Source: Phoronis australis | Taxonomy: Eukaryota > Animalia > Phoronida | Reading direction: 5' to 3' | DNA length: 64,000 bases | NCBI GenBank assembly: GCA_002633005.1 | Contig: NMRA01000904.1 | Coordinates: 23,413-87,412, forward strand | Part shown: piece after piece, positions 11,401 through 25,555 of the stretch | How the letters are laid out: every line of letters starts with the position of its first letter | Numbering within the stretch: the first letter of the stretch is position 1 | The notes under the pieces: generated by a model | Told to the model about the DNA's origin: nothing | Database searches by the model: none | Seen by the model: the letters and a program-made list of their open reading frames with translations, nothing else | Program-made: the position numbers and the translations under genes

Positions 11401-14400
11401 TTTGAGATTTGCCGTTTGTGAAATTCCTCCTTCGTTCAGTCAGGAGCGTGCTGTGCGCTCCTGCGATTGAAAGTATTGGAGTCCTTTTTTATTGCATTTG
11501 AGGAAGCTATTTTGAATGAGCAGCAAACAGGGTCACACCGCAAGCTACATTTGTTTGCGTGACCTTCCTGTTACCCCCTACATTTGTCATTCTTTGAAGT
11601 ATTCCACACCCGCGGTGTCCCACTGTGTTTGTTACTGGCTTTTGCTCTGTGGTCGTAGTACTGGCTCATCCCACTAGAAACTGAAGCCAGAATGTTTCGA
11701 AATACCGTGTCTTTTAATCATGCCTCTTGGTCAGTTACTTTATCAATTTTCTGTTGAATGTTGAACTTTGTTCCGAGGATTCGAACAGAATGGAATAACA
11801 ATTGTCAATAACGGAAGACGTGCTCCCCAAGCACAGCGAATTCACCAATATTTAAAAAAGCTTTAAAACTGTTTCGCAATTTTGACATCTCAGTATCTCT
11901 GACACAATTCTCGTTGCCTCACCGAAAACAACAAAGCACTGTACCGATCGAGATGCAGTCTTCCTCAACACTAACAAGTTCGGGGACTACTTTAGTAATG
12001 TCACTACTAACTGAAAATGTGGCGACCATCAATCTTAACGTCATATTTTTTCAATTGTTCCCTAATCGAATGCTAGAGGAACTTTCTCTTTTTGCACTCG
12101 GTGAAAACCATTTAATTGAAAATGCTCTCAATTCTTGTAATGATATTTCTACTTATTAAAGTTACATTATTCTTAAATGGTAGTCTAAACTTCGAAGTTT
12201 TTCTCAATGAATTCCTCTTAAAAGCAGTAACTTTTTATGCATCGTATATAAATTTTGTGGCATCTGGTGTCCGTATCTGAGCAATCATTGTTTTAATATT
12301 TGTTATAGCATATCTAAGAAATTTTTTTTACGCTTATAGTAGGTACTATTTATATAGTTGTATGTGTACTACTTTCATCTATGTACTGTCTACAATCCAG
12401 ATACACTGTACATGTATAATGCTTTGCAATTTCTGGGTTTGTCGTAATTTTCCTTGTATGTTCTGTATATTCTTCATTAAATATATATTACCCTAAAATG
12501 GTTTTAAGCTGATTGCATGATTTGTCAAGAATGATCGTATATTCTCACATAGTGTTAGCCAGCATCCAGGTTACTAGAAATTTTGAAAATATAAGTGTTA
12601 TCAAATATATATAACCAAATTGATACATCATAATTCACAATATATCAAAGTTAATGTACAGCAAATCGATTAGTATTTCTGATTACTTATAATTTTGCTT
12701 TCTGTTGACAGCCTCAGTCGACTGATTGAAAGCACAAGCTCGTGTAGTTTAACTTTGAGGCCTCATCATAATCCTGGCCAACACCCAATAGAACGCAGTA
12801 TGATGTATAACCACCAACATATTGTGAAATGTTAACCCCACTTTCATTGCCGTTGATTCGGTGTTTTTCCTATTACAAACCAAATTCTCCTGAACACAAA
12901 TGACGCTATTTTCCACGGCATAAGTCATGCGTAAAGGGGGTGATTTCCAAAACTTCAAAGTGTTTTTGATGGGTGTGGTGTATGAACAGTGAATGATTTG
13001 ACTTTTGTCCATTTTAAGTGGTCTCACCAAGAGAAAACTTCCAATTTACTCTGAGGGATATTTTTTTCTGTGGCAGTGCTGTGCCTAATGACCACAGGGA
13101 TTTTTTACAAAACAAGACGACAAAAAATGCGTGTGTTATTGCCTGAAAAGGTCGGCGTCACGTTAAAATTATTTTGTAACCAGTCCAAGGTGAACATCCT
13201 GGCAATCTACTTATTGCAGCTTTGTTTACCAACTCATAAACAATTCTTGTTGCTTTACAGAGAGAATTACGGTTAGACATCGTCTATTGTCTAGCAGATG
13301 TTAGGCATAGTGGCTACGTTTAGTGGGTGGCCATGGAGTGCACATATTACGATCTACTGACATCTTTACATTAAATGATAATCCACGGAACCTTCGTTCA
13401 GATGTGGTATGTATTTGTTATATGGAATGTTGTCCACTACATGCCCATGGACTTTAATGCAGCCTATAGTATACTCTTAGCAGAACAGATAGCCAAGGTG
13501 AGGACTGAAGCAAGATTTAGTTAAAAGCGGGGATTTGATGACAACATTAGCGGAAAAGCAGCAAAACAACTAAAATCTTACAGCATTTTTAAATATGCGC
13601 GTCAACCGAAAATTTCATAAAACAACAGAACTAAGGTTCATGTATACAGTGCCCTCCTTACCTTAAACTTTCGAAATCCATGCTGAAATGTACGTTGTTT
13701 GCAATTGTAGTAAAGCAATTCTATTGATCAATCATGACCATGAAAATTAAAGAAGAAATCACGAAAACGAAAGCACACTAGAGAGTGGACATAGGGTGAA
13801 ATAGAATGAAACACTTAGAGGTCGACAACGATTGCAACAACACTAACGACCTCGGCAACCTTGACACCAATGGAACGTACCATCAAAAATACATTGATGA
13901 TTCAATTAATGAAAGGTAATCGTCAAATCAGAAAACCTCGAATAACTCGAGAGTTTATCTAGAAATCGATGACGCACTCCAGATATATCTGCATACAAAA
14001 CTTCAGAAAATGACTTCCATGGATCGAGGACATCTAGAATTCCACAATGAATTATTCGAAAGATGGACGGCACAGAGCCACCATGCGTTGGATTTCTACC
14101 AAAACAATAGGCCTGGAACATTTTATGAGATACACAATGTGTTTTATTCCACAACGATCAAACACTAAGAAATGGCACCTTATCGTAGAACGAGTATGGT
14201 AGACCAACAAATGTACAGCTAGGAATTAATCAAAAGTAACCATTCTTTTTTCTGAGTACATTGTATTTAATCTCGACCAATGTGCTATATGTATGACATG
14301 AGAAACGAATCAAGTAAACAGAAGCCATTGGATAAAATCGAATAACTGGAAAACAATAGGTTGCAGCGATCAACGGAAAACATACACTGGACAGCTGTTC

Positions 14401-15160
14401 ACAAGTCCATCCACACATCAAATTCCACAAATAATCATTCAAGAAGGGTAGAGACATGGCTCCGAAAAATCGAAAAATCGCAACTGCTGTATCATGTGTC
14501 GCCGATTTCAAGACTGGTAGCCTACAACAGCTGTACGACGGTAAGGGTTTAAAACAGTAGCGTGTGAAGTTTGGTAATCCCCACGGCAACTTTTTAGTGG
14601 ATGCATCTCTCTCCCTCTCTCTCTCTACTCAAATGCATGTGCAATAGAATAAAGTAAAAAAGATGAAACATGAAATAGAAACCTTATACAATGAACTACA
14701 AATCAGTAACAATTTTAAAAAAAATGATTTCTATTAATGATGTGGATACCCGGGCTGTCGCCCCCCCCCCCTTCTACATGTATACTGGTCTCAAAGGAAA
14801 GCATTGCCACAATATCTCAAAAGTCACCTGTTCGGAACACCTCAGTTGTATTCTGTACTCAATAACATTACGGGTTACGTGGGTGAATGTCTTATCCTAG
14901 ATTGCACATGTCGTTCACAACATTAGCGATATCACTTCGAGTTTAAAAAGTTTGCAGTTCGCACATAGATGTCATCAAGCGCTAACTTGGACAAATCAAT
15001 CGTCTGCGTAAAACATCATACATTTGAATGTATAGTGGAGAGCGGAAAATAAGGACAGGAACTCTCAAAAATAAATTCGAGTTCGATTTCGAATATCGAG
15101 ATTATACCTGCGACATGATACACTGGGTTGCAAAAGTCTGTCATCACAGGCCAATCCCTG

Positions 15161-16544
15161 GGCCCGGTCTCCAATCTCCGTACTCAGACTCATACTCATA
15201 CTCGAGATTTCATACTCAAAATCGTGCTCACTGGAGTCGTACTCAAAAAAGCGTATCTAATGTCGTATTTCGAGTAGACTCCAAACCTACTCAAATCTGA
15301 CACTCATACTCGAGTTGCTATGGAACTCTTTATGATGTGAAATGCAAAATCACGCAAAGACGCCCTGATTCATCGCTCCCTATTGGAATAGGCCACCCCA
15401 GGAACTAGGCCTACATTATCGTCTGCTGTCGCTATAACTACAAGATTATGTCTATGACGTGGAATTCTGAGTGTTCTGTAACTGTTATTCATTTTTTAGT
15501 TTCAATAAATATTCTTATGTCATTTCTTTGATACATTTGGCAATTATTAAGCTTTACTTCTTGAGTTCCTCACCCAGTCCCGAAAATGTCTTAAGAAAGT
15601 TTTTAACAGCTTATCACATCACATCTCTGTTGCTAATTTACTTTGACATAAAACCAATTGCTGTGTAGGCCTACGCTGATGTCAAACTTTGATACTGTAT
15701 CGTGTATTTTACTGGGATGTATTAGGTGAGTTGACATTTGGCACGTGAGTTAAAAAACAATACTTGTGCAGGCATTCAGAGTTCACCAGTGGCAGTGAAC
15801 GGGACGAGAAGTCTACTTAGAAATTGGCTAACAAAATCTGGTATTCCATTTGGGATTGATGAATTATAGATGAGTAAGTTATGATGAGAAATGTACCTGA
15901 CAGGGAAGCCAACTTTTTTAACTTCCCTCCCCTCCTCGTCTTTTGGAAACCCTACAAAACGTAGGCACACATACCGAAATAAGGGCAGCACAAACTTCTC
16001 ACACGACTTTTCCCACAACTGCTTTCGACGCTTGTTATGACTCGCCGACAAGGGATTACAATGCGCCTGTTGCCAGGAATTGTAGAGGTAGAATGGCGGG
16101 CATAACATACAGTGATACGGCGGGTTAATAAGGTGACGAATAAGAAGATTTAAGATGAATACTATTATCTCTAAACTGAAATTGAAGTGCTGAGATACGG
16201 TAAGAGGACTTATTTTTTTAGATTTGCTGTGTTTCTTGGTTCCCTTTAAATATTTTGTTCTCTGGCTCGTATTTATTTTCGAGTTCGATTTTAAGCACAC
16301 TGCCATACCAAACTTGAAATTTGAGCATAGACTCTAAATTTTTACTCAAAATCGTACTCGAAATATAGATGAGACAAACTTCAGTTCGAGTACACTCGAA
16401 AACTGAGTACGTGCTCGAAATTTCGAGTACAGATTTTTCGAGTATGACATTGAATACACCAAAGCTGAGTCTGTACTCGAGTTGAGTATGAAGTGTGAGT
16501 TTGAGAATGATTCGAGTCTGAGTACGGAGATTGGAGACCGGGGC
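15161..16544 (+). mobile_element. PIF/Harbinger-type non-autonomous element (copy A)
   Basis: TIR GGCCCGGTCTCCAATCTCCGTACTCAGACTC, 3-bp TSD CTG/CTG, and subterminal TACTC repeats. Inverted copy at 38597-40186. Confidence 0.85.
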
Positions 16545-17604
16545 CTGGGCATTCTAATGAATTCTGAAATTTCATGGCATGACTTGCTGGTATGATTATT
16601 ATGTAAGCGCATTCACAGATACGGAGCCGCTCTGACCGCACCCAGAACAACTCTTGCACGTCCTTAACCTTAAATTGCCTTGCGGAAGTGAACGTTACCA
16701 CCAGGTGGGGCAAACTTCAGTGAAACAGCCAATCATTCTTAGTTTGAAAGACATACGACTTGCCGCGTGCGAGAAGTTCACACATACGGAAATAAAGGTT
16801 CACCGAGGGGAATCCAAGGCCACGGAAATACCCAAGGAAACACCCAACTTTCATCAAATGAAATTAGAAACAGACAACCGTGTGAAGGTATCAATAAATT
16901 TCTTTTTAACTGCAGGAGCAATTTTGTTATTAGTATTTTGATTGTCAAAACTTGACAATTACCACATTACGCGTTGGAGAAATAATTCTTTAAAAAATGG
17001 TGTGGCACAAGTTCAACAAATTCCTTTGTAATTCTCACTCAGCACATTGGCAGCAAAAATTTCGTCTTCAGAAAGCGTATCTTTTGGAACCATTTGTATC
17101 AAATGGATGAGCATCATGAAAATGGCTTTCAGTTTCCCTTTTTTCCGGAAAAGAAATGCTTCAAAATTACTAAACATAGATGCGTCTAAGGCTACAGGCA
17201 ATGCTAATATCTATCAGTGTCCCACACTACATACGGGCACCTCTCTCTCGCTCTCATTTTCAATAGAATATTAGCACAATATAATAACTTTTTGTAAACG
17301 AAAAACTCTCCGATTTTCAAAAAGATGACTCAAATTATTGTATATATCGTTTTCCACTGACCGATCCACGATGTCATATGAGGTGATGCTCTGCAGGAAA
17401 ATGTCAGCCTCACCCCTAAAAACGGTAAGGCCGTGACGGTCCTGTTAACCGGTATTGTGACGGCACCCTATGTTGCCCGTAAACCACCAACTTACTTATC
17501 AGATCTCAGGAAATTTCAGTTTATTTTTCAGATTCACGAAGGTTTGCTGCAATATGGGAAGTGCAAAATTCCACGTACCCGAATGTACCAAAACGTTTAC
17601 TTAC

Positions 17605-17662
17605 TTAATGCTTCAGGATTGTCTGGTTCAAGCGTCTCAGTTTCTGTTCCCGTGTAGGGGAG
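17605..17662 (-). CDS. Candidate cytoplasmic-tail exon of the host membrane-protein gene
   Basis: Acceptor ctctgtttgcag and donor gtaagt. Phase-0 reading LPYTGTETETLEPDNPEAL is compatible with the phase-0 donor GGG|gtaacg in the TM exon. Confidence 0.35.
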
Positions 17663-18357
17663 CTGCAAACAGAGCTGTGATTAGTTTCCGGGTTCGTAGT
17701 GCCGTAGGCACCGTTTCTCTTATAAAGAGGCCAGTTCGGCGTTTTGCTCCAAGCCAGACATTGCCCACTCCATTTCTACGTTAATTTGCGTTTATTGTTC
17801 GATTCGTGTGATCAAACATAAAGAGCGTTATCCGTTAAAAACTGATAAGTCAACCTAATACGTAGTCGATGTGTCTAGGATGTCACAGTAGGCGGTACTG
17901 AATCACGACTACGTAATAGGGTTTCATTGTTTTAATGATTTAATCTCGCTTACCATAACGGGTTCAGAGTGTTGTGGGGGCCCAACTGTCAGAAAGCGAG
18001 GATCTTGAGGTGGTAGTGAGAATTTTTCATCTTTATTTTCTTCCGCAACCTCTCTGAAAACCATACTGCACTGTACCCGATGGTACGAAGGATAACGAAT
18101 GAAATTTAATGTGAAATCTAAGCCAAAATAATAGTTCTCGCCAAAAATAAACCTGCTAACACTCAAAAATAAATACACAAAACGTACCGAGCGTGGCGCA
18201 CATGAAGTAATATCCCACATTCCGCGTATTTGAAGGTCTCGGTCGATACGCGGAATAATGCCGAGTTGGATATCATTTCATGTACGCCACTCGAGGTACG
18301 GGGTACGTTTTGTATTTACATGTATCCCATACGCATCGAATTCGTAAGTTTCTTTAG

Positions 18358-18870
18358 GGCCTTTCATACTAACGTCGACGCGTCGATGGTTTGGGGAGTT
18401 GCGGTCAGTATGAACGCTTAACTCCGGTCCTGGATCGCAGTTAAGAGCTCCAGTTAACATCGCAGTTATAGGTGGATTTAAGACCGCAGCGTCGACGCTG
18501 CGGTGCAGTATGAACGCTTAACTCCGGTCCAATCGAAGTTATCTCCAGGTGCCACTGTTATCGTCAGTTACAGAGTAGTGCCGTCACTAATAACTACTTA
18601 TTTTTGGTTTAATGATAACCAATCGATTTAAAAATGAGTTTTATATCATTGAGCACATTTAAATGTTCCAAATTGTCACATTGAAAAAATCTTAGCGTGC
18701 AGCGCTACCTTGCGATAACTTCTATGACGTCAGCGTCACCAACCCTTTACTTCGATGGTCATTAAATACCGAAGCCAGTATGAACGGTCCAGTTAACTGC
18801 GCTGTTTACGTCGACGCTCCGCTCAGACCGGAGTTAAGTCAATATAGGCCCTTTCATATTGACTTAACTT
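18358..18870. mobile_element. Harbinger-like MITE with rearranged right end
   Basis: Begins tag|GGCCTTTCATACT, with internal repeats of CAGTATGAACG and palindromic GTCGAC motifs. The right terminus appears inverted (AGGCCCTTTCATATTG). Confidence 0.55.
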
Positions 18871-21410
18871 ATTACCTTAACTTATTAACTTATTACATGG
18901 CCGTATTTCCCTCGACAGATTCGTATGGGATAAAAAACAATCTTTTTGCTAAAATTCTCATACACTTCTGTCTTTTCAGTAAAAAGTAATGTGATGAAAA
19001 ATGTGTGATCATCCATTAGGTGTTTGATTCTTTTTTAAGAAATAAATATTTAAATGGTAGTTTGATGTGGAGCCCTAAAAATATCCATATATGGGGCATT
19101 ATGTGGGCTTATCCGCTTAATGGGAATTTTCAGATACTATACCTTATACACAATTATCTAAACGCACAAGCAAACATGGTACCTAAAATGTTCCACTTTT
19201 GAACAAAATGTTGCCAAAATGTACGACTCTTACAAGAAGAAGTATCAAGTTAAGTAACATGAAAACGGAATGACATGGAAGAAAACGTTGGTGGCTTGTT
19301 GGGATTTAATCTTGAATGATCTTATCAATTTAAAGTTGATGCTGTTACTGATACCAACCCAGCACGACAAAATGAGTCTTAAGTCGGAAACTATATTTCC
19401 AGACCAGACTGCAAACAGTCGCTTTTCGGTGAAAATTAGGTCAAAATCTTTTTATTGCAGATTATGACTATTTATTCATTCTACTTCACAGAACATTTCT
19501 TTAAAACAAGCAAACCTCATTTTAAACCTTATTTATTTCATTTTGAAACACATCACTTTCTCCACAACTCGTGAAATTTCATCAAAATTTGCCGGTTTTC
19601 GTGGCCACATTTTTAATCACTCGATAACCCAATTCACTCGTAAAAAATGTCAACAGAAAGGTCAAACTCTGCTCAGTATGCATGTACTAAGCTCTTTGAG
19701 TTTTTTGTCCTATTATTAGTCGCAATTTCATCTTTTCCATTCGGGGTGAATTCAACAGAAGTGCCACTCATCAGTCTTTTAGCTAGCAACGACCTTTTAA
19801 CCTAATACATCGCTGATCTCATCTCATTCGCTAGAACTAGTCAAGTGGGCGTGAAATCGTGAGGTTGCGAGGCCACGGCGTGTTGACAAGACAGTAAGGT
19901 GGCTGATCGTCGTGTAGCTGATATCTGATTAACTCTTGCTGCTCACTGCCGTATCAATATCAGCAAGAATTAACTGAACTCATCGAACAGCACATTTGTG
20001 GATGGAGACAAGGACGAATTTCATGACTGCGACGAGTCGTCTGACGACAGCAACTCGTCGCAACATGAGTTTCATGGTCGACCCATCGTGAATACGGTTA
20101 TGTTGGATTGGAACAAGCAGAACTTGAAGAAAACAGTCCTGATTAGCTTAATCGCAGAACAGTGTCTTCTTCCTGCGAATCCAGTGGATAGGGGTGCAAG
20201 CAGCTGAAAGTTACTGCAAGAGAGAACAATCTTCGACAGGGCTGCATCACTCAGTGTGTCGTCGAGGAAATCGTTGCTGTGCAGTTGTTAGTGAAGGACT
20301 TGGAAAGGGATGAGTGATGTCATTTATTTTTCAAAATTATTTATACTAGCGTAAAATTTTGAATTATTGTGAACAAAAGTCAGCCAATAGTATTTATTTT
20401 GTAATTTACAGGACTTTATTTTATTAAACTTTTCCAAAATACACTTTAACTACTTTTTTACTAACGGCAACCCCTCCTGCCAAAAGTGGACTTATCCCGT
20501 ATACATTAGCTGGAAAATTTATTGACCAAGTTGCTGTAACCCAACATGAAGATCACTCCTTTTGGGCCGAAATTACGTAATAAGGTCAATATGTTTTTCT
20601 AATTATTGATTATTTTTATTTGTTTATGTTGTTGTGTGTACTAATTAGTCTAAAATGTAGCATTCATTTGCAGGTTGCTAGGGAAATTTTAAAGACACTA
20701 TTAGCACTTTTTCTCGGCCATTTTCCTTGACTTTTGTAAGCTCTAAATTTGTGCTTTCTCCGACTAGAAATGGCAATAACTCGGCCATTTGTTAAGATAA
20801 GGACATGTTTTTTGCATCAAAATGATCAGAAAATACTGTATTTTCATAAACAATAACAGTTACAAAAATGACAAATCCCTACTTAAGAGCCATTTTGTGG
20901 TGCTGGATGACTTTTTGCTATAATTTTACCAATCATTCAGTGACATATTAGTGAAAAGTGATCAATCACGTTCTACAGGTTTTTTACTTTCACAAAAGAT
21001 GTTTTTCCAAAGGTAATGGTTTTGTACATATTTCGGTGAATAGGCAAACTTGCCATAAGGGTCTTACGTAAACTTATAAAACATGATAGTGGAGCGAGCC
21101 TTTAAAGATTATCAATTACTGCATTTCTTAAAAGTGAAGCAAAAAAACGTAAACAAGTTAGAAAACAGTATAGTGAAGTTACTGGTAATCTTAAAAGTCG
21201 ACCCAGACCGGAGCTCAATCAGACATGCCAAGCTCAAGGGATGCAGAGAAAGATAAACATTTAACGTTCGGAAACTGTATTTCTGGCCGGGAGTGAGACG
21301 TTGAAACGTTCTTTCTTCTTTATCTGTATAGGTTGTGAAAGTTTCCATCTCGTTTAAGTACAGGAAAAGCAGGAGTTGTATGAGGACATTTGATTGCATA
21401 TACACAGTGC

Positions 21411-21568
21411 TTACTTTAACTGCGTTACCCCGCGATTATTCTTTCTCCAGTAAACGATGGCGCAAAAGGATGCCACTAGAGCTGCCATGCTTGCAATGAC
21501 GACTCCAATGACTACTGCCGACTCCATTACGGCGCCACCACTTTTATCGAAAAAGGTTGCTGTCTTAT
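21411..21568 (-). CDS. Host gene exon: transmembrane helix plus basic stop-transfer
   Basis: Acceptor ctcatctttcag, phase 1: (D)KTATFFDKSGGAVMESAVVIGVVIASMAALVASFCAIVYWRKNNRGVTQLK*. Possible donors at GGG|gtaacg or AA|gtaagc mean the 3' boundary is uncertain. Confidence 0.75.
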
Positions 21569-22334
21569 CTGAAAGATGAGAATAAGCAAAGGACGTGATG
21601 TGGTTGTCACGTGATTATTTTGAACAACAGTGTAACGGAGCAGACATATTTCGCCTTACTGTATTTTTAGCTACTATTTTACGGGCTCCATTGGCACTGA
21701 CCCACTCGATTGTGTTTCAACACGTAATCGGTGGCCTCTGTTATGACTTTCCCACGGGCGACACACCATAGGGGGCTGGTGGCTTTAGCCCCCACGTTTT
21801 TAGTGCTGCGCAACCCATGGTCTATGATGTGACTTGTTCCATGGTTATTCGTGACGGGACCGGGCGAAATGTTTCAAAATTTGTGGAATGCTAAAGGAAC
21901 CCGTGTGGACTTTGAAGAAGAAATTGTAGGGATCCTGTTTCGCGTACCTAAAACTAGAAGTATGTCATTTTCACGATCTAGCGACTGCAACTTTAGTCAA
22001 CGGAAAGCGTCCGAGAAACGACGGTTTGACACAAGGGTCGCTGACATACTCCGTGCTCTCACATTTTGCGACGTATCAAGGCGTATTTAAACCATCAGCC
22101 TATATCCATTATGACTTGTTGAAACCCATTCACACATTTTGCGTAAAGGTGCATGTGTCTGGCAGGTTTCCCCTGAAGGCACAGGCGACCACGTGTCACC
22201 TCCTGCGGGTGTGCATGTGTGAAATTGAGAGTTACCCGTGTGCTGTTGTAATTAGAAATATAATCCTTGCCAAATCAACGGAATTTCATTAGTACGTAAG
22301 TATAGAAGTGAATCTAAACAAAACATTGGCTCAC

Positions 22335-22376
22335 CTATAGGCGGTATACACTGCTTTGGCTTTTCTTCCGTGAGTG
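22335..22376 (-). CDS. Host gene micro-exon (juxtamembrane)
   Basis: Acceptor gtatttctag and donor G|gtgagc, 42 bp, phase 1-1: LTEEKPKQCIPPI. Confidence 0.55.
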   Translation of the reverse strand, partial: HSRKKSQSSVYRL

Positions 22377-23913
22377 CTAGAAATACACGTTTATTGGATG
22401 TACAATAAAAAGCGAAAAGACGAACGTCGGTATTAAAATCTATTAAAGTAATTCCCACTTTCCAAGCAGTACCCACTTTATCAAGGGCAGGATACAGTCT
22501 GCCAGTATACAATGTAACACAGTCGGAACAAGCTATCGACGCTGTCTTTTTCACTTTATACTATTTTTCCTGAGTTTCAACCGTTGGTAACGGCAGGGCA
22601 TTTCAACATCTACAATATTATTAGTGGGATGAATACATTACGTTTAAAGTATATTACTGCCAGTTTTGGAGTAACTGTACCGAGGGGTTGCAGACAGTGC
22701 GCATAACTAAATGCAAACTTCGACTTTCGACTGAAAATCAATCTGCGGATAATTTATCGCTTTTCACAAAAATATGGCTAGGCTGAAACTTCCAATAGTT
22801 GTCTACAGCTCGAACCGTTGGCTGTTCGAATGGAAAGCAGATAAAGAGGTTTGGAAAATGGTAAAACAGGCATGAAACAACTTTCGGTCAGTCGTAATAG
22901 GCTCTTCGATGAACGGGCCTTGGGCCGGGATCTTACCTTTTTACTCAAGACCGGACTCGAAATTATTTTTGACATTTTGTACATGTATGCTCATTTTTTG
23001 AACTTAAGATAACTAAGTGTCTATTATCGTAAACTGAAGTGTAATGACTGGACAGTTTGCACTTAATGAGCCCATCACTAAGGCTTAAAGTTCCAGTGTG
23101 AACCCGAATTTTCCAGGTTTTACATGCTTCGAGTTTGTAGCTCGATATTAGGGGACACCAACTACGAATGTGGACTAGAATCTCATTTGCACAAGCCAAA
23201 GTGTGGTTGACCACAGAATAACACACACAGGCTTGTCTTGAACACAAAAAGGTAAAACTGAAAGTATTATGAAATTGGTTTGATTTCGAGTGGAAGACTT
23301 AGATCCCAGTCTTTGGTTTATGGCGTGTTTGTTCAGCATTTCTATAGATTTAATTTTCACTGTTTCTTCCACATGTTTACTTCTGTCCACATTGTTTGTT
23401 GAGAACAATCAATGAACAGTAATTAACTGGTTGTTAGAACACACACACACGTTTGTCCACGAGCACTCTCGCAAAGGGTTGAAATGCAGGAAAGGCTCTG
23501 CAAAGCAAAATATTGAAAAACTGTTGACACACCACCACTCCACTTCGATTTTGCACCAAAGGCCTCCAGGTTTTCACAATATTCGCGTGTTTGGTCATTT
23601 TCCGAAGCCAATAATTATTCATGGACTTTTGTGCTTTCGACAATATGTACGGACCAACACGAGCTTTCGGCCAGAATTGAAATGCTTTCTCACCGTTTTC
23701 GTCGAAATTTTGTAACTGTTCAATTTAATTTGAAAATTACCTAACTGATGGCTGGAATTTCAAGCTAATTTTGAACTTCAATTTGGGCATTTCAAAAGCA
23801 GTTAAATTAAATGTCTTGAGAGTTTATATAAATTAAGAAAGCGAATCTGATTAACGTAAAAGTTAAACTGATCGCAATATTTAAAGGTTTAAGATTCTCC
23901 CAAATTTGATTAC

Positions 23914-24246
23914 CTTCAACTCTGTAAATGTTGTTATATGGTAGTGACGTGTTATAACGGGATTTCTGGAGATTGTCTCTCAGCAACTGAGTTGGTTGCT
24001 CCGGCAGTCTGGGCCCACGAAACCTTATAAGGAAGTATATCTGTATAGAACCATCATCGGTCTTCGTCATACCGAGGACATTGCATTTTTGTTTGAAGGT
24101 ACGCCACGTCCGGCTCTTGTCTAAAGCAAAATCAACAACACGTGGGAACTCAGACCGAACCGACCTGGATAAGTCACTGACTGGCGAATCAAAGACACTT
24201 TTCCACTCATCCCTCAGCAGTACGTATCCTTTTAAATGCCAGGTTT
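23914..24246 (-). CDS. Host gene exon: SEA-like domain 2
   Basis: Acceptor ttgcgttgcag and donor G|gtaatc, 333 bp, phase 1-1, open: TWHLKGYVLLRDEWKSVFDSPVSDLSRSVRSEF...CNVLGMTKTDDGSIQIYFLIRF...LLRDNLQKS. Confidence 0.75.
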
Positions 24247-24967
24247 CTGCAACGCAACACAAGCGCGAGTTATGCTGATACAACTTAAAGTGCTTAAATT
24301 ACAAATATCATGCGTTTGCCTAGGTTTTGACCACCTGTGGTTCTTTTCACTTTTCGAAAGACATCGGAGAAGTGCAGATATGGCACAACTTTGTACAAGA
24401 AATTCGCATGTTGGCGTGTTGGTAGACATGACCCAATGGCGCTGGGTACGTTCATACGTCACACCCATGTCCATGGAACTGAGGAACCTACAATTAAAGT
24501 CGCCTTTCTTATATTTTCTTGTATTTGAGATACTGAATTAACGATTGTGTTGTGTAGTGCTATTAAGGAACGTTCAGTGACACTGACAAAATACATGTAG
24601 TCACTTGTCAAAACAGGGTAGGCCTAAGTCACGGTTGGACCAAAAGCTTCTTAAGTACACCACGCGTTAGATGTTCTAGACTCTGAAGCTGCAGTTGTCC
24701 ACAGTTCTCGCAGTGTCACCCAAAGCGCGTGTCAATATGAGACCCGTGTTGTTCGATGACGGGTATTACTGCTTTTAGTCACAAACTGGCACGTGGAAAA
24801 AGTGATTTAAAGAGTACACAACATGACTCTAGTACCTCAAAATAAATTTTATTATTGTATCTTACTTGATTTCAGTGCATTTAGTGCACAGCTCATAAAG
24901 AAACACGCAAAAATTGAAATAATAATAATTATGTACAACGTCATGGGTTGAACCCAACTCGTTCGCC

Positions 24968-25283
24968 ATGCTGTTCGGATCAGAGACAAAGTGTATAGAG
25001 TGAAAAGAAAGCAAAGTACATTTAGCGTCGAGAAGGTTCGTAGAGGGATCAAACGATGTGTTTCCGGAGGCTGCAGCAACAGCAGCCAGGCGGAGAACGT
25101 CTCGGTGTTCCGAAGGACACCAAATTTGCGAAGAAGTGGCATCGCTTCGTGCGCCGAACGAGAGTGTGGGACGTCATCGTGGACCAAGCGATTCGGTCCG
25201 GGGCCACTCTGTGTTCTGCCCACTTTGAGGACTCGTGTTTCGACTCCAGTCACAGCAGACGTTACGATGAAGGCCTGGTTCAA
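24968..25283 (+). pseudogene. THAP-domain fragment of Kolobok transposase
   Basis: KRCVSGGCSN..., a frameshift, then PKDTKFAKKWHRFVRRTR...LCSAHFEDSCF. Confidence 0.8.
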
Positions 25284-25300
25284 TAAAGGACAATATTTAT

Positions 25301-25555
25301 CATTCAGAAACATCAGCTCTTCATTCAGGATCGTCTGTTGGATGACTGGGTTGACTCGCCGAGCCCGAGGCCGCTTCTCTCGCGGGAGGATCCAGTTCGT
25401 AAGGCTCAAAGTAGAAAGCACATTAAACTAATGTTCTTGCTTTCGTGCAACCCCATTTCCTCATCCTGGCCACCATTCCCGTACGTTTCTTCGTAGTATT
25501 CGTTCAATTCTTGCTCATAATCGTCGTCGCTTTCAAATTCCCTGCTCTCCGCCAT
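25301..25555 (-). pseudogene. KolX exon-1 remnant
   Basis: MAESREFESDDDYEQELNEYYEE..., a frameshift, then PYELDP...RADVSE(W). It ends where the WCxC motif begins, at a mutated donor (TG|ataaat). Confidence 0.6.

Noticed and set aside
18890-21060. RAG-like/Transib/Chapaev element
   Set aside because: No CAC/heptamer termini or RAG1/2 motifs; only weak end similarity and an unidentifiable acidic peptide at 19998-20207.
22252-22554. 100-aa minus-strand ORF as a full exon
   Set aside because: No good acceptor at its start; only the 42-bp micro-exon has proper splice signals.
23451-23497. Possible extra micro-exons (23451-23497, ~22582-22609, ~33723-33754)
   Set aside because: Plausible splice sites, but weak donors or unresolved phases; cannot be supported without RNA data.
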